64,000 bases of DNA from Vicugna vicugna (lineage: Eukaryota). Both the position numbers and the translations under genes were made by a program. The stretch's first letter is position 1, and each line of letters starts with the position of its first letter. This document shows, piece by piece, positions 60,901 through 64,000 of the stretch. The stretch is taken from the NCBI GenBank assembly GCA_013265495.1, contig MU062841.1:9635786-9699785 (forward strand). The letters are read 5' to 3'. The notes under the pieces are model-generated. The model was given only the letters and a program-made list of their open reading frames with translations, had not been told where the DNA came from and searched no databases.

Positions 60901-61324
60901 GAGGCAGGAGACGGGGCAGCAGAAGCATCCTTCTGGACCTCAGGTAAACACAGGAAGATTCCCAACTCTGGGGAACCCCGGCAGCCCTGAGCTATTTCCC
61001 AGGGTGAGAACCTATGCTAGGGACTCCAGAGATAGGGGTTTCCTCTGTCCATCCATTTCTTCTGAGAGGAGCATATTTAAAAGCCCCTTTGCTTCTGCGA
61101 ATCACACAACACGTTCCTCTGGCATGAGCTGCACCTTGGAAACACACTTGCCCAGATCTCTCTCATTGCCACAAAGACCGAAAACATTCCCCCAAAGCCC
61201 AGGGACATTCCAAAGCCTAGACTCTTCTCCAAAACAGTGCTTCTAATTCCTCAAGATTAAGCACCTTGCCAGCTAGCGTCAGGCTCACAAAATGCAGGAG
61301 CTGACGGCAACAGGAGGCCCATTC

Positions 61325-61483
61325 CAGCCAGCCCCTGCTGCTGCACCTGAACCATCTGGGAACTTGTCAGAATGCAGATTCTGGTCCTGCAGGTCTGGGG
61401 CGGGGTCTGGTTCTGCATTTCCAACCAGCTCCCAGGCGAGGCTGCGCTGCCGCTGGGCGGCGGGCCATGCTTTGAGTGGCAAA
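61325..61483. mobile_element. MER5A-like hAT-Charlie MITE
   Basis: accatctgggaacttgtcagaatgcagattct...ggtctggggcggggtc...ttctgcatttccaaccagctcccagg...ccatgctttgagtggc. Confidence 0.72.
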
Positions 61484-61837
61484 GATCTAGTGCAGCCCGC
61501 CTCCTCCCTGTTCTACAGGCGGGCAAACTGAGGCCCACAGTGCAGAGGGTTATTGCTCACACTGATCAGAAGCAGTACATGGAAACCTGAAACAGTGTCT
61601 GATAGGACAACTGATGTCCGACTCCAAATTATGGGATGTGTATCACCTTCTCTGCCTCCCTGCTTGCTTGGGAGGAAGGGGGAGATGGGGAAGACTGGGC
61701 TCACCTGTTCCTGCCCCTGTCTCAACTGAGGCATCGCTTTAAGTCATAGTTTGGACAGTAAACACTTGCCTCAGGAGCCCTTTATACTTCCAGAGTCTTA
61801 AATTATCTTCCGCAAACAAAAGATCTCTTTTGATAGG

Positions 61838-61847
61838 GGGAATTCCC
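61838..61847. promoter_or_regulatory. Candidate NF-kB site (palindrome GGGAATTCCC)
   Basis: Exact motif match in intron 1; occupancy untested. Confidence 0.4.
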
Positions 61848-63114
61848 AGCGGGGAGACACCTGCAGAGCCGAAGAGGAGAGATGCTGTTCCATGTGATAA
61901 GAGAAATTCACCGTCACGGACCACTCCATCCCCAAGCATATTTGAACAAATCCTGTCAGGTCCTCCCGTGTCACCACATTCAAATCCCTCATCTCATCAC
62001 CGAATCATCTACCGGGGCTGGGACTGCTCTCCCAGGAGCCTCGTTGCCCTTGCCCGCATGTGGGCATCTGTCTGGTCTTCCCAGTCCGTCAGATGGATCC
62101 ATAGATACGCGAGCCTCATCTAGAAAGAGAGGGCACGTTCCACCAGCGCCCCCACCACCACCTCCTCAGCCTCTTTAGCTTCCTTATACTCAGCGGATGC
62201 AAGTAAGTCTTCAGGGACAGGAGCGGCCACCTGACTTCAAGGACGAGTTGACCTGGCTCCCAACTCTGGCTTTGCGGGGCGTGATCTGCAGAAGGTACAG
62301 CAGCCCTGCTGGCTGGCGCTCCTCTCCTCTCGGAGGGCAAGCTTGTCAGGGAGCGCGGGAGGCTGCCCAGCTATGGGCTTTTTTCCCTCGCATCCTGTCC
62401 TGGGCAAACTCGGCAAGGCTCAGCCATCAGAGCCCTGTGCCCGCCATGGCCAGCAGCCGAAAATTTAGGAGATGCCCAGACTGGCCTGATCACAGAATTC
62501 AGTGACATTTAAAGGGAAGCCTCTCCTGGGACTGGGACAGAACTTGGAGCTGCCCAAGTCAAACCATGCGCTCGCTACACACCTTTCCAGCTGGTTGCGT
62601 GCGCTCTCCAGGCTGGGTGAGTGGTTGCAGCAATAAACACTTCATCGATTGTGTTTTTTAACTGAACATACCAGCATCGGCAGTGGGTTTGGCGCTTCTC
62701 CCGGCCTGAAGTTGCCCTCTGTGTGTCCACTTGTTTCTGAGGCTCTGGAAAGATTTCTGCACCACCTCCCGGGCTGTTCCGCTGCCCCCGCCTCCATCCT
62801 CCACACTGAGCCCATGGGGGCAGGAGGACCCATTCCCACAAACAGCTTTATTTCAAAGAGCAGAAATCAGTTCTAGATAAGAAGGTACGGCCGGTGCCGA
62901 GGAACGGCAGGCATGAGGGCGGAGGGTCCAGTTCCTGAAGCACCTCCGGTGTGAAGTTAAGGAGTTTGGACTTTCTCCCGAAAGCCTGAGGGGTCTGCAG
63001 GCAGAATGGAGGAGCCCAGGGGAACACCTGCATTTTATAAAGTGGCTGCTGGCAGGCGTGGAAGGGAGGGATGGGCGGGAATGGGAGTGCAGCCCGGAGG
63101 GCTCTGCCGGAGTT

Positions 63115-63480
63115 GGATTCATTCAACACATATTTATTAAGTGCCTACTGCACACTGCTTCTAGGCAGTGGGCCACAGAGGTAACAACTCAGGAAAAGAC
63201 CCTGCCCTGGGTTAGGTTAGAGCTTAGTCTAGTGGGGGTGGGTGGGAGCGGAGAGAAAATAAAGAACAAATGAATGCATCCTGTATGTGTCTGATGGTGT
63301 TAAGAGCTTTGGAGAAAATCAAGCAACTAATGGGGAGAAGCTGCCATTTCATGTGGGTGGTCAGGGATGCTCTCACGGAGAAGGTGACCTACGAGCAGAG
63401 ACCTGGAGGAAGGGACAGGGCAGGGACGCCGCTGGGATATCCCAGCAGAGGGACACAGCAGGTGAAGGACGGCGGGCGGG
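63115..63480 (-). mobile_element. L2 fragment
   Basis: cattcaacacatatttattaagtgcctact...cttagtctagtggggg...gtcagggatgctctcacggagaaggtgac...gagcagagacctgga. Confidence 0.78.
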
Positions 63481-64000
63481 AGCAGGCTCGGTGTGTCCAC
63501 AGAGCAAGAGGCCGGGAGCAGGCACTGAGTAGGGAGGGGAGGGGATGGTGGGGGAGGGTAAGAAGGATGCTGCCTCTCATCACAGCGGGGCCCACCTGGC
63601 TCAGCGCTTCATCGGTTATCCAGTCGGGTCGGGTTGGCTTAAATACACCCCGACCGGATGGCATTGTGTTTGCAGTGGTGTGTACTGGTTTAACACGTTG
63701 ATCTACTGGTTTAAATGAATGTACAGTAGGCCTTCTATTCTGGGCAATGGCTTTAACATGGACAGCTGATTGTCACTGGGAGTGACACCTCCAGGCACTG
63801 TGCCTAGGTCATCGTGGACCGCATGGGCCCAACTTACATCTGTTGTCAAGATTCTAGTGCCCAGAAGGAAGAGGGTCATGTGACACGGTCTAAAAAAGGC
63901 TGCCTTCTAGCTAAGTGGGCCACGCAGCACTCGTCTGGAGAGGAAAGATGTTCTCAAAACCGTAGGGCCGTGGAAAATATTTACTGTTAATAGAGCAGTT

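Noticed and set aside
57000-64000. CEMIP promoter/exon 1, or the intronic miRNA miR-549
   Set aside because: No CpG island or exon-1-like sequence seen; the first intron is recalled to be very long and miR-549 to be primate-restricted; no matching hairpin recognised
1-64000. CRISPR arrays, operons, prophage or other prokaryotic systems
   Set aside because: Spliceosomal exon-intron structure and mammalian repeats throughout; no repeat-spacer arrays

Overview
This is mammalian genomic DNA, not microbial. It is most likely a camelid (camel, alpaca or llama), judged from three tRNA-derived Vic-1-type SINEs. The window is dominated by one gene on the minus strand, CEMIP (KIAA1199/HYBID, cell-migration-inducing hyaluronan-binding/depolymerising protein). 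I traced 24 consecutive coding exons from the start codon at 56911 down to 336. All have GT-AG boundaries and continuous phase, and total 3612 nt (codons 1-1204). The last coding exons lie left of the window. Exon 1 and the promoter lie right of it, so about 57-64 kb is the 3' end of the long first intron. Introns carry ordinary mammalian repeats: MIR, L2, L1 fragments, hAT MITEs, MaLR and ERV1-type LTRs, and microsatellites. A 760-bp perfect 'duplication' around a 25-N gap is almost certainly an assembly artefact. Nearly all long ORFs in the supplied track are spurious. I found no convincing new biological system. The best leads are: an inverted SINE pair nested in a DNA transposon (possible dsRNA/editing substrate); an antisense solo LTR; a candidate uORF-bearing non-coding exon beside the first coding exon; an inverted E-box/CTCF-like pair and a palindromic NF-kB site in intron 1; and natural substitutions at human-variant positions. 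Human sequences, repeat consensi and literature comparisons are from memory and need database confirmation.
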